Below, one piece after another: positions 23,582 to 37,100 of a DNA stretch of 64,000 nt (the first letter of the stretch is position 1; the number at the start of each line of letters is the position of its first letter). Source of the stretch: Haplodiscus bocki (taxonomy: Eukaryota); assembly GCA_965655095.1 (NCBI GenBank), contig OZ296648.1:79980001-80044000 (forward strand), in the 5' to 3' direction. The position numbers were made by a program, and so were the translations under genes. The notes below the pieces were generated by a model. That model did no database searches and was not told where the DNA came from. It was given only the letters and a program-made list of their open reading frames with translations.

Positions 23582-24929
23582 TTTTGTGTACCCTTTTGGA
23601 TGCCTTGAAAATACAATTCAATATAGTGTTTTTTTAACAGGGCATTCATTTAAATAAACTTCTCTTCTAACTTTCAACAGCAATTAGCAAAATGTCTCAA
23701 TTATTGGCACTCTGACGTTTTTGTGCTGAACAAATTATGGTAGCTGAACGATTGCTTTCTGACGCAGCACATCAGCAGTATTTCCGGAGCCTGTGAATGA
23801 CAACAGCCGGCCAATATGCACATTTTGATATGTTTGGGAATTATACCAACTACATTGCAACGAAGAAAACTTCAACATTTAATTCACTTTCCTTGATCTT
23901 CCAGGGATTATCTTTCTTTTTATAATAGGCATTTCGCTGTTTAATATTTATTGATTTTCATTTATAATTTATTAACAATCCATCGTTACAGTAAACTAGC
24001 CGATAAAATTAATGATCCGTTCTTTTTTATAATAATTTCCGAGTTCAATCTTCATAGGTCATTTCACACTTCGAAAAAATTCTACAGAAGCTAATTATTC
24101 TTAGATTTTGAAGTAATTTCAATTGCACTTTTTGTTTGGAAATTAAACCCGTACTCTAAAAGTTATGCTACCTCAATTTTTACACGTTTTGATAATTTTC
24201 TGATAAATCTAGAATGGTCGAAAACGCAGAAAAATTAGGCTATGATAACTTAGTCAGATTCTCGAATAAAAATTTATAGTCAGATTCTCGAAAGAAAACT
24301 TTCAAATTCTAAGAATATCTTGCTTCAGCAGGCTTTTTCCGAACTTGATGAACTGTCCATGAAAACTGGACCTTAAAAATAAACTACCAAAAAAATAACT
24401 AATGGTTACTTTTGCCACTTAGTGTAGTTTAAGACGAGCAGCTAATAACTACGATTAAATCTAAAATTTCTACGCCAAATTTGCTATAATTTGGTGAAAA
24501 AAAATTAAAAAACTTAAGATCGTGCAATTGTTTAAAGCACGTAAGAAACGCACGCGACGAGTGGATGATTTTCCACCGCAATTGATTCACGCGTGGGTTC
24601 AACGTTAGACAAGCATCTTCATTTTACTGTTGGAAAAAATATCATTTTCAAGTTCGACCGACAGTTTTCAAAAAATAGGCCCCTTTGGGGCTCAGCTATC
24701 GGAGGATTAAACAGCAAAAAAATTTCTGGAGGTGAATCAGTCCTCGTGTTACTTCTGAGCAACATTTATTTTTGCTTAAACCAAGAAACAGGATAATTAA
24801 AAAAGTAACAGCTAAAAGCCAAAACCTATTAAATTTCCCAAAACCTATTGAAAAATTCTTGAACCGCAGCTAGCATTTAAAAACTCGTGGATCGCATTTT
24901 TCTCGTTACAGCTATGCAAAAATTAAGTG

Positions 24930-25620
24930 GTTTGTTACTTCTATGCAAAATTTACCTGATTTGAAGGCACAGGTTCCAAAATACAAGACATCAAAGAGGA
25001 CAAACTATCGACAAAATAGCCAAAATCAGCTCGATTTTTCGCCAACTAAATCGCAAAAACGTCAGAAGGTAATCAATGGTTAGTACGTCAGAGATAGGAA
25101 TCCACTTGTGTTTTTAACTAAAATTCAGAAGATTCAGAGGCTTTAGGCCAAGAAGTAGTTTTTCGATAATAAAGTATCGACAAAACAGCTGGAATGAGCT
25201 CGATTGTCGAGTTTATCCCGACTCATTAATTTAGTTATTTGCATAAATCAGGTGCTTTGGACGCCCAGATGCCAGCATATACGACTTCAGGTTCGAGTTT
25301 TTTTCGGGAACATATCGAAAAATATGGGACAGCAATCGAAAACTATAAGTTTATGAATCTGAGTCTTCTTGTTAAATCGAAGAAAGCCTAAGGTCCAGGA
25401 TTTAGGACTTACAAAATGATAGAGTATCCGCAATGCAGCCCTAATCAGCTTCATTGAAACTCGATCGCTAAAAACGAGGAAAAATTTTGGACAGCAACCA
25501 AACATCATTGAGTAGGTCGGACTCTTTAGAGTAGTAGTTATATGACAAATAGAGATAATTTGGAGGCCCCGATGCCTAGATACAGGACTTTGAGTAAAAA
25601 AGCCAGAACCTGTTCGACAT
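24930..25620 (+). repeat. Highly degenerate local tandem repeat
   Basis: Recurrent TATCGACAAAA.AGC...AAT.AGCTCGATT (~25006, ~25176, degenerate ~25425), TTTG(A/G)A.GC.C.G.T.CC..ATAC..GAC.T (~24960, ~25257, ~25559) and GGACAGCAA (~25328, ~25489). Confidence 0.5.
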
Positions 25621-28600
25621 TCAAGCTCACAGTATCAAAAAAGTGAGCCTTCCGTAATTCATATGCGTTACTCTTTACATGGTACGCATCCACCAACGGC
25701 AGCGTGCACGGCGTTATGCCAGTTAAATCTGTCAAGGCTCGGAATCTGTCAGTGCTATAAGCACAAGCTATAAAGGTTATCTAACTCCGAAGATTACGGA
25801 ACAGCACCGCCCTCACTAAAGCTAAACTCAAAAACCGTTTTCTATTAGCCTTGATGGTGGCAAGACATTGCAGGATTTTGTGCCACATTATTCGTAACTC
25901 TGCGCGTAAACTGCTTTCCGAACTACTCATTCCTCCCGATAAGAAAATTGGAAAAGGCGAAAAGAGAACTACGGGATCCTAGCGCAGAAAAGAAGATCTG
26001 GAGAAAAAGCATCAAACGTTACATTTTGATGAAGAGGCTAGAACAAAATGTGGATCCGGCAAGCATACGATTGACTGCTGATCATGGTTGAAAAAAGAGA
26101 TACATGGATCAAAGAAATCTCACCAAAAGGCGTTAACCTGCGTCACTGAAAATATCGAGCTCCAAAAAAAATATTTTTCAAAATTTACATTCATCGAGTT
26201 AGGATTTTGAAGTTAGTGCATATAAAATCTGCTTTTGATGAGAAGAGGTATTAGTGACTGCGGAGATTTACGGGGCGTTTTTGACGAGAGAATTGTGGCA
26301 AGATGTATTTAACAACACATTTAAAATTTGGAAAAGTGTGAAATCAATAGAAACCCACACTGCCCAATAACAGAGGGTAACTAAAGTAATGGTAGCACTT
26401 CTGTCAACAAGTGTGAACGATGTTCCTTTCATATTGGATGACGACATCCCGCTCTGACGGTTGCAATAACAATGAGTTGTAGTAGCAATGGATCCTTACG
26501 CTATTTTTTTATTGCTTGCACCCAGATAATACTTATAAACACTTTTGGGGCATCAGTCATTGAGTAATGCAACAATTCCTGACAATATTGTTGGGCAATT
26601 ACACTTTGTTGGAAAATAAGCCAGCGAAGAATATGTAATTGCGAAGAAAATCTACACGGAAACATTAACGACGTAAAAAAGGAAAAATGCTTGATATAAC
26701 TTGCTAAAAAGTGTGCACGAAGTCTGCCGAATCTCTTCTCGGAATATAAAAACAGATCATAATCCTTTCATTTAACAAAAAATTAGCTTCAATTTCCTCA
26801 CACAAAAAAATTTTTGAAACAAATTAAATTTCGAAACAAAGGATGAACATTATTTGCTCATTCTTGATTAATTTTGATTGAATTTAAAATTTTACTCATT
26901 GTCAATTGTTTGTTTAGTCGCTGCATTCAGACAATACATGTAAACAGGATTCCAAGCAACATGTACTGAAGCAAACTCATAAGACTCAAGAGATTCATTT
27001 TGTCCCCAGTCAATCAGTCAATTTCCTTAACTTGTTAGCAACATTGACTGACAAAGTATTCTGTTTAACAATGCATAAGGAAAATGACAACTACTAGGTC
27101 AGTTCCTTGAACCTGAAAGTTTCAAACTACGGAAAAAATGCAAAAGACTGGACCGAAAATGACAAAGAATGGTATCATGCAATTATAACAATTGAGTATG
27201 TCAGAACATCAAGCTAACTCAGGTATGGAAGTCTACTCCAGGTGTCGCCGCAAATTTGATGCTTCAGATAAATCACTTGTACACAGGCATGCTTTAGTAC
27301 ATTTCAGAATGTTAAGTTGGATAGCTGGTGTAAAAGAACAAGAGGAAATGGTGTTTTCAAGTCGAGAAAAAATGCTTTCAAGAACATCAGGTGTGGATCA
27401 TGGCCCTGGCATTATTCGAAACGTTTGTTGCCAAGATGGACAGTGCCTGTGAAGAAGAGAACCAGATGGTCTTCGTGCTGTCCTTTATTCTAGACGTGTA
27501 ATCGATGTTAACCGTATTCGCCAAAAAAGGCAAACTTTGTTTAAATGCCAGCGAAGAGAAATCTAAGTCAACTGCTGAACATGATTTTAAGACACAATTT
27601 TCTAGGAGAAAACGCGAAATATACGATCGCAAAAACTGCTAGTCCGATAGGGGTGACAGAGGACAACATGTTTGACGAAAAGCGAAAGAGAAACGAAGTG
27701 TCGTCTAGAGTGAGTATGCTAGAGAAGCTAAGAAAAAGAAGAAAAACAAGCGAACAAGAAGAAACTAATGGTCAAGATGGTATAACTGCAAAAAATACTA
27801 CAAGCTGACCTTTGCAGGCAAATACTAGAAATTTCGCCAAAGTTAGCAAATGAAACAAAATCATCTTTTTAAAAGTAACTTTCTTTGAGGCTCCCATCAG
27901 ACGTTAATGAACCAACCATCCATCAATTTGGATTTCGGTTGCAATTTCGCCATCGAGCTAAGATTTGCAGTACCTTAGATACTAAAAGATAAACTAAGAA
28001 AACACTCAACGAGAAATAAAAAAATTATCGAAAGCTAATTGAGATTTTTTGTTTAGCACTACTTTTAGTAACAAAATCCTGGTGCACAACTTAATGAAAC
28101 CTGTTAGAAGTATTCAACAAATGTCCCTTCAAAGCTCAGATGTCCCATATCAACTACGAAGAATTAAGCCAAAATAGTTTCTCAATACATTGAATTTTGA
28201 TGTCCGTCTATGATCCTATCACGCTGACGAGGTAGAAAAAGAGCTTCTGGACACAATGTTCGCACGGGATAATGATATCATAAGCGGAAACTACGAAATT
28301 GGAAAAAAATTAAAGCATTCGTGAAATGTTTTTTTTTTGGTGATGACATAAGAAAGCGGCGATTCCTATACCATAAACTCCACCCGAAATTCCAATCAAC
28401 CAGAGTTAAGGGCAGTTGTGATTTGATTTGAAAAGTTGTTTTGAGAAGAAATATTGTTATCTCTCTTCTACAACACAAAAAAAATTGCATAACAGGGAGC
28501 GGGAAATGCTGGAGAAGGTGCAAACTCTGAAACTTTTAATCGACGAGACCATGTCAAACAATAGTGCAGATCATTCTAGGTTGAAATACAGGTGTTGTTA

Positions 28601-30404
28601 CAGAAATTGTTTATTAATTTTGTTTCGAAATTTTTCAAAATGAAGTAGTTAGTTCTGTCTCAGGAAATACAGCAGAAAATGACAAACCCTTCTCGGCATT
28701 TTCGGATGTTGGAGAAATGTTTTCCTGACCTATTCTAATGCATAGGGGAAATTTACTAATAATGGAAGAATCGAAAACATTCTTACAAAGCAGTTTCATA
28801 AGAACTCACAGAAAAGAAAAGATCCATATGCATGATGATGTTGACCAAAATTGAGATCATAGAAATTGCAGTTTTTATTTCAAAAGTTTTGGGCTCGTTT
28901 TATTCTAGGATCTTCGGAAACTACCTTATCAGTATCTGACATTTCAATGTACTCCTGCAGCAGTTTTTCAAAGCTCTGGATACTGTACCACCAGGAGAGC
29001 ATGAGTTCAACAAACAATGCTGTCTCTTCGTTGGCATGCATCAAATTAGCATGTCCGTCAGATGATAGCATTGAATCATGTCCACTGTCACTTATAAAAT
29101 ATATAACTTGAGTCTTCAACTGAATTGTCGAAAACAGGATATCCGCCAAACATTTGTAATGCCTCATGACAAAAAAGCTCCGACATTATTTTTATAAGCA
29201 ATTGATTTTTTTTCAAAAAAAGCTAGGGGGAAAATAACCGTCACCTGCTATTTCAATTGACCTTTCTGATTAAAAGTTATCAGCATTGCAGCGGCTAGTA
29301 CTCGAATGGTTGTTGCAGAAAACAAGGGACGGAGCACTAGTAGCTTTTTCACCAAATCGGCTAATCAAAGAAAAAATGTGTGCTTTACTTTCATTAGTTG
29401 AAACAAAATGCAGTGGTTTCAACAGAGAACTGTGTAGACATAGTGTTAATAGTGGGTTAAGGAGTAAAGAATAACAGAGTATTACATCAAAACTATTGAA
29501 AGTTTTCTCTAATATCAATCCCACATACTGCAGGTCGAGAATCAAATGTAGATCAGAAGGACGCTTGTTTGAATTTTTGAACTGAAAAAAATTTTAGTGC
29601 AGAAAGTTCAAGTAACTTGAAATTTCTTTTCAAGGGACGCTATTGTTGTAAGACCATAAACAAGACATTGAAACTGGCTGAAACCTCGGATGCTATTCGT
29701 CGCCTAACCAGGTGCTCTTTTCGGTTACGCCATAGTCATCTCGGCTGTCGTGGACTACGTTATAGTTTTTGGTCCGGAATGGGTCGCATAATTAGCATAT
29801 ATGCTTAATCACTCAACCCTTGCCTCGGATTAACTGCTACTACAACTTCTGAAATTCGCATCTTTTCGAGTCATAAGAATTCAGTTGAACTAAAAATGGA
29901 CCATTATTGAATTATGACGTATGTTGCGCTCACTCAAACGACCAATAAAAACGTATTCGAAGTTTTTGAAGGATTGGGAAAATTGTATTGTAGTAGCATT
30001 TCTACTTCAAATAAAATTCATGAGAAACTCAAACACAGAGGCGAAGTGGAACTTCTCGAGACATTCTGACTTATCAGTTCAAATCAAAGATAAAGTTGAC
30101 AGATTAAATGCCCCGAGACATTTGAAACTTGATCGGATACGTGATTGATTTTGAAAAACACTGCACCTGATATCCATCAAAAAGTTGTTCGAAAAAGTCG
30201 AAATAAGACAAGAACCTGTCACAGATTCTCGAAAAGCTGAACTGTCAATCATCTCTTTTTAAATTCCCCCATTTTGCGACCTAAGACTGACAAAGTAAAC
30301 AACGCCAAAAAATGAACATTACTATGTGCACTAAAAAAACTTTGAATGAAAAAAATTCGAACTCTCAGAATGGATAATATTAGTCAACAACACATTAAAG
30401 AGGC

Positions 30405-30960
30405 TTCAAAAATTTCTTATTCACTTTTCAATCATGAGGACTTGTAAATCAAGAAGAAAGTTGCATGATTTTGGTCAAACAAGTGTAGTCAACTTTCATA
30501 GCTTGAACCTATAAGTGGCCATTTTCACAATCTGAGATTCAGTGGTGTCAATTTCGTTGACTGACCGGCGGTATGTGCGGTCTTGAAAAACGTTAGGAAG
30601 AATTGTTGAATTGTTTAATAATAATAACCAAACTGAGAACTTGAAAATTTTACATGTAACGTTTTCTTGGGGACACCTCATATACTGCTCACGCAGTCTC
30701 ATATTCAAAATATTGTTTTGTGAGTCACCTTTCAAAACGTTGTTGAACAATTTTTAAGACTAATTTAAAAAAATTTGCACTTTTCAGAACGCGAAAATAA
30801 ACAAGTACCTGCTAATATATTTCAAAAAGGGCCGTTTTTGACCTCTTACACTCAATGACTAGACTCTCTGTTGACGTCACAAAATGGAAGTTTTGGACAA
30901 GATAAAAAAACTATACATAAGCCGGTTTCCAAAACACTTCTTCCTTTTAGTCAGAATGTA
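30405..30960 (+). repeat. Dispersed ~550-bp repeat, copy B
   Basis: Collinear homolog of 5720-6255. Confidence 0.9.
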
Positions 30961-31274
30961 AAAATAACACTATACAACTTCGACTTTGTGAGCGTTCAAT
31001 CGAAGAAACTTGAAGCACGAAAACAATTGACAAGTTTTTTGCATTTCCTATACCTCGCTCCCTCGCTCTTTTCTTCCTATTTGCATCTGTACTTCCACAG
31101 TTTGCTCCGAAACTGAAAACGCATTTACCCAAAGTGAACACCAATTAGAGACCCCAGAAAGACGTTCAAAAAGATTTATCGGTTCACAAAATTAATAATA
31201 CACATGTAAGCATGCAAAATGTTACTAGATGAGAATAATGAAGTATCAATTGCCCGCTCGAAAGAGGTAATCAA

Positions 31275-31992
31275 CGGGGCCGCGCAATTAAAAATTGCAA
31301 TTCAATTGCATCTGAAATATCTCAAGAGCAATTAATTGGCAACTGGTAACTCACTACAATTAAAATCGCAACAATTGTACATAACTCGAGACTAAATTTA
31401 ACAACAGAAGTCATCTGTAATTTAATGTCATCACTTTTAGTGTATCACTTTCTGTCTGGAAAACGTGTAAACAGTTATTTAAAACATAGGCTCCCAACAC
31501 AAGGTGGTTTAGACTTCGAAAAATTTTTCACTAACCAGAGCACAGCCCCCCCCCCCCCCCTAACTCTTATCTCTTATTCCGTTTTCCCGCGAATTGCGAT
31601 AAATGAATTCAAAATGTCCCGGTTTTTACTCTTTGATAAGTATATTGATTGGGGAGCAAGAAAATTTTTTATTTACTTTATTTGGGCGCTCTCAACGCTA
31701 CTAAGATGGTCCGTATGGTCTCTCCCGCACTCCCTCGCAACTTTGTTGCATTTTTGAAACTTGAAACAACTTTCGAAATGTCGCACGAAAATCTCATGTC
31801 GGACGAAGTCGCTAAATGTTGTACGAAAAAGCGTTAAAAAACAAAAACCGAGTAACACTATGTATATTTCATATAATTAAAATTTTCCTGAGTTTCAAAA
31901 ATTGCTACATTTTTAAAATTAATTAGTAATTGCAAACTGGGAGATTCAAAATTGCAATAATTGTAACTGCAAGTAATTATTACGGGTCCCTG
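31275..31992. mobile_element. Non-autonomous hAT-type element (MITE)
   Basis: Perfect 8-bp TSD GTAATCAA at 31267-31274 and 31993-32000; imperfect TIRs CGGGGCCGCGCAAT / ATTACGGGTCCCTG; AATTGCA-rich subterminal repeats at both ends; internal C15 run. Confidence 0.85.
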
Positions 31993-32024
31993 GTAATCAA
32001 TCTACTTGAATTCACTTTACCCAG

Positions 32025-32170
32025 AGGGAGGGAATTGTGACGAGGAAGCTGATGTTTCTTATTATTCTTTTTCCAAGCCCAGGGCCGAACAATTCGAGAT
32101 AAATTCCATTTCTTCTTCCGATATTCGCATTGTTCAGGAGGCACAGAATCACAGTTTTCACGGGGGTTGG
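32025..32170 (+). CDS. Candidate isolated exon of a plus-strand gene (GGNCDEEADVSYYSFSKPRAEQFEINSISSSDIRIVQEAQNHSFHGGW)
   Basis: Acceptor cactttacccAG, donor TGG|GTGAGC, open frame, higher GC; no partner exons identified. Confidence 0.4.
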
Positions 32171-32356
32171 GTGAGCTCCTTACAGAGCCTTTAATTTTTG
32201 TCATTTTTCACTGCTATGCTACATGACACTGAAAAAGTTACAAAAAACGTTAAAAGACCAAGATCAAAGAAGTAGATTGGAAATGGGCATTAAAAATACA
32301 TACAAAAATTTCAAGCATATGTAAACGCATGAATATTGTTCACCCAAGGGAGATTT

Positions 32357-32408
32357 TGCCCTGCGAAAAGGGCACGAAGCGCCCGAGGACAGGCATACCA
32401 CAACTACT
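32357..32408 (+). mobile_element. Second type of Helitron-like 3' end (GC hairpin, degenerate CTAG)
   Basis: Overlapping hairpins TGCCCT-GCGAAA-AGGGCA and GGGCA-CGAAG-CGCCC, followed by CACAACTACT (one change from CAACTAGT). Confidence 0.4.
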
Positions 32409-32617
32409 AATAAAGGACTTGAACTATGTTACAAAGAACATAACCACTTTCAAGATGCTATAAAAATTTACTTCAACAGAATAACGTTTCACAAATCGCG
32501 CACAAATATCTCAATTATAAGAATATAGAAATTTTTCTCAAAATACCTTCCAATTGTGTTTGAACGTTTCCTTCTCTCGTGTAAACTCGATATCGATAAT
32601 TCAGATTCAAGCACAGA

Positions 32618-32663
32618 GGCGAAGCTGTGCTTCGGAACACTTCATGCGCCAACGGAATACTAG
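32618..32663 (+). mobile_element. Helitron-like 3' end (hairpin + CTAG), copy 3
   Basis: GGCGAAGCTGTG-CTTCGGAA-CACTTCATGCGCC-AACGGAATA-CTAG|T. Confidence 0.55.
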
Positions 32664-32812
32664 TGAACAAATCGACTAAATATAACTGATTTTCGAAGGC
32701 GCCACGATACTACAGATAACAAGCGCACAAAAACTCAGTTAATCTTCTTAAAGTGGGAAAAGCTATAATATTTCATTCGTTTGATATGATATATTGAAAA
32801 ATAGATACCCAA

Positions 32813-32975
32813 GCGGTAATGGCACAGTCAGTAGAGCGCGCGAGTGTGGCGCCAAAGGTCCAAGGTTCGAGCCCAAGACACTCCCTCATGTCTCTGGTCA
32901 AGATCAACGGATTGTGCGGGTTGTAAACGGATCTGAACAAAGAATTCAGAAGCCTAACGCTTGCTAATGTGTAAT
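32813..32975 (+). mobile_element. tRNA-His-derived SINE-like unit, copy 3
   Basis: A-box TGGCACAGTCAG (32820), GTG anticodon context, B-box GGTTCGAGCCC (32864), shared tail AAGAATTCAGAAGCCT...GCTTGC...TGTAAT. Confidence 0.75.
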
Positions 32976-34149
32976 ATTTCACCAATTTTATGGCTCAAAA
33001 AAGTCTGCGGAACTTGTCCCTTTTCTCTCCATACATTGCTAAAATTTTTGTTTGAATCTGCAGAGATAATGACAAGATTTCAGACTTTTTGACATTTACG
33101 GGGAAATGTTGAGTAGAAGAGCCAAAAATAGTTCGAGAAAACTAAAAAAATCTTGTGGGGAAAGAAAAGGCCAAATTTCGGTCTAGAGCCGATTGATTAG
33201 CTTCAACAGAAAATTGATTACTAATGGACCAAAGTCATGTTCCTTCATAGGTTTTCCATTCAAGCCAAACAAATCTCTAGATTTTCGACCCAAACATCGA
33301 TTTCAGAAGTACAAGAAAGTACATCGTAGAGCTGAAACGAGAAACGGGTAACCTTCCGAAAGACGAGTTTTTGTATTCATTCTTGTATGATATCCACTTT
33401 GACACTCGATTAGAGAAAAACTTTCAAATTTGTAGTAGTAGCATATCAGAATTTAGCACGCAGTCTATCGCTTAATCATCCTTGATTAAGAGTCTAATCT
33501 GTCAATTTTCGGATAATGATTCAGTGTTCACGTCTACAGCAAACTGGTCATGAGCATTTCTCTTTCAAGAGTGGACAGTTTCTGCAATAGTGTTCCAACA
33601 CAGTCTCAATGTTTGGTCTGCTTGGATCCTTAGTTGGGGAGGATCAATAGGACCTGGTTGTACAATATGTGATCTCACGAAATTATGTTTGGTCGGCTCT
33701 GTGAAGTTTCGCTAGTTTCTACTGAACTGAGAGTTCATGGCAATTCTTTCTGAGTGTTCTAGTTGGATATTTTTTCCAATGAGAAATAACTTCGTCAAAC
33801 TGGCCTTCCAGGAGAGCTGTCAAGCACAGTAAATCAAGAAATTCGAAGTAGAGTGAAAAACGCAGTAATTTCAGCTGCCGAAAAATGTCTCGTGTGACTT
33901 ATCTGGGCCAAAAACTCACTTCATTGCTATTTTTCAACATTTCTCAAAACACTCGTTCCTTTCGCACGGAGACCAAGCCTGAGAGCAGTATCTAGCAACT
34001 AGTATTTTGTAGCCTACGTGAACATCATGTATGTTCGAAGTGAAGCAGTTTTTCCACATTTTTTTCCGAAAAACAATTTTCAATAAAAAGCAAAGAAATT
34101 TGTCCAAACTCCGAAAGTTTCTTAAAAAAGAAACTATTCAAAAATCAAA

Positions 34150-37100
34150 AGTCCTCAAATGCTCCTCCAAACCTGGCGAAGGCAATTTTGACAACCCTGG
34201 CAAAACTGTCGGAAATCTTCAAAGTCTTTTTCCTCTAAGTCCGACAAATGCTCGAAACTTATATTTTTTTCCAAAATGAATCGTTTTTCCCAAAAATGAT
34301 CCTCTTGATATGTAGATTTCAGCTTTGACAACACTACTGTTTTTTTCCGCCAGACATGATCGCAAGATAACAGTTTTCCCCAAACGTTTCTTTAGGCACG
34401 TGGAATGGAGTTTCGACAACCCTGCCATGTAACTGTCAATAAACTTCAAAGTTTTTTCACTCAAAGTCCGAAAACGACTGAAAAAGTCCTATTTTCAAAC
34501 AAAGTGAAAATTTTAGATCAAAAGAAACTTCTGGAGACGTAGAATGCGCTTTTGACAACACTGCCATTTTTTTTGCCAAACAAACGAAGAAGATGGGGAA
34601 ACTTATAATTTTAGAATTAAAATTTCTACCACGATGTCCGAAAATCCTTGCAAGAAATTTTTTTTTCCAATTTTTTTGCCTGAATTTTTCCTCCGGACTT
34701 GTATAATGCAAGTTTCAAAACCCTGTTGATTTTTTTTTCAAAAATCCGACCGTTTCTTTGCCTATAGTCCAAAATAAAAAACAAAAAATTTATATCACAA
34801 CACATGTCATGGAATTGTTCCTCTTGACCCGTAGATTGATTTTTTGACATCTCTGTTTGAAGTTTTTGTCCCGATGTCCGAAAACACTTTAAGAAAAACA
34901 ATTAAAAAATATTTTCCTAAAGTGTTCATCCGGACATATAATTTGTAGATATGACAACACTGCTGTCAACCTCTCGCTGAAATTCTGAAAAAAACTTGAC
35001 TAACGATAGCTACCCTCGATATTTTTTCTCTTGAAAGTGTTCCTCTGGACTTGTATAATGCAAGTTTTGCAACCCTGCTGGTGTTGTTTTGTCCAAAATC
35101 AGAAGTTTTTTTAGCTCAAACCCCGGAAATAAACGAAAAACTGCTGAAAATGTGTTTCGCAAAAATAAAACTTTTTCTCTGGACTTGTATGAAACGAGTT
35201 TGACAATGCTGTTGGTAATTTGTTGTAAAGAAGAACAAATGTTTTGCGGAGATTTTCTTCGCCTGGTTCCGGAAAAGTTGGGCTCAAAATCTGGAAAAAA
35301 AGGAAAAGGGATGAAAAATTCACAAAGAAGTCCTCAAAAAATGCCGTCCGACTGGCAGATTGTAGTTTTGACAAGCTGACGAAGGTTTTCCGCCAAAAAT
35401 TCAAAAATAGTTTTGAAAAAGGGCCCATCTTGGAAATTTTTCTTAGAAAGCAGTTCTGATATTTCTGCTAAAAATTTCAGGTCTTTCAATTTAAGCCCAA
35501 AAACAATCTTTCGACGTACGGAAAAGTTTTAAAAATTGAAGAACTATTCAGAGTTTTAAAAGTCTTCGAAAAAAGCTACCGGAATTCGCCGAAGCAGTTC
35601 TGACAAAACTGCCGAAAGACACTCAGTGGAGTCCGAAATATATTTGCTCATAGCCAAAAAAAAGTACAGAAAACATTAATTTTTTGAAAATTGATAGATC
35701 CTCCTCGTAATCTTTGCCAAAAAAACGAAAAACTTGGGAAGCATAGATTTTTTTTGGATTGAAAAGTTTCTCTCAAAATCATCTTCTGAAAACGTAAAAT
35801 GTGGCTATCACAACACTGCCAAAAACCTCTTGCTGAAATTACCAAAGAATTTGGAAGACATAATTTTTTTGGAACAAAAGAACTCCCTCAAAAAAATCGT
35901 CTGGAGACGTAGGAGGTTTTGACAACATTATTGAAAGTCTTCTGTCAAAAAATGGAACCTTTTCTGCTCAGCTTTCGAAAACGTCCAAAATACATGTAAT
36001 TCTCCAATGAACAAATTTTCCTCAAAACTTTCCGCCATACAAGCGCAATGCTGTTTTGAGAACCCTACTTCACAAACATTGTCTACAGTATGAAAGATTT
36101 CCGCTCGAATTCCGTTCTTTTTTCAAATTGTTTTTCTTTGAACAATATAAAACTTTTCTCTTATATTGTTCTTCTGATTTAGAATGAAGGTTTGTCAATC
36201 ATGGCGCAACATGTTTGCGAAAAATCTGAATTTTTTCCGTCTAAAGTGCGAACTTCATCGATGAAATATGAAAAACCAAGGAAAGTTCCTGGAAGTGTTC
36301 TTCCGGACACGTAGAATCCACTTTTGACAAAACTACCGAAAAACTTTTCCAATCCGGTTTTCTCAAAAATATTGCTTATAAGAAACATTCCTCAGAAAAT
36401 TCCACCGGAGACGTGAGAAGTTTTGACGCTCCTGCCAAAATTTTTTCAATTAAAATCCAAAAAGTTTCACTCAAAAATCGAAAGCCGAAAATTTGTCGAA
36501 AAAGTCCGAAATCATGCTGCTCAATTTCGACAAATACTTGAAAAACACCTACTTTTAAATAGGAGTGAAAATTTTCTGAATGAAAATGATCCGCTGGGGA
36601 TGTAGATTGAGGTTCTGATGACACTGTCAAGAATAATTTGCAGAAAGTACGAAAAAAGATGGAAAATAAAGATTTTCTTGGATTTTAAAAATTCTCTCAG
36701 AAAAATCCCCTAAGCACGTAGAATGCGGTTATGACAACCCAGCCCTTTTTTCGCCGTAAAGGTAAAAAGACTTCAAAAAAAGTTTTTCTTGAAGAAAAAA
36801 CATCCTAAAAGCGTTCATCTGGAGACATAGGAAGCAGTTTCGGGAATTCTGCCCAAAATCATTCATTGAAAGTCCAAAACAATTTCACTCAAAGTCCGTA
36901 TAGGTTTTAAAAATGGAACTATACTCAAGACTGTAAAAAGTCCCCAAACTCCTCTTCCAGACACGGCGAATGCGGTTAAGACAACACTGCCGTAGAAGTC
37001 TTGATAATGTCTGAAAAAAACTCAATCAAAAAAAAATTCTCATTGAAACGAAAATTCTGTACTCTGGATTTGTGGAATCCACGTTTCACAACCCTGTCGA

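Larger units (their letters stand above)
19492..23739 (+). mobile_element. Near full-length decayed CR1/L2-group LINE (ORF1 + APE + RT + 3' UTR)
   Basis: ORF1, APE and RT motifs in order on the plus strand; 3' stem-loop and AATAAA (23653); ~68-bp direct repeat at both ends. Confidence 0.92.
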
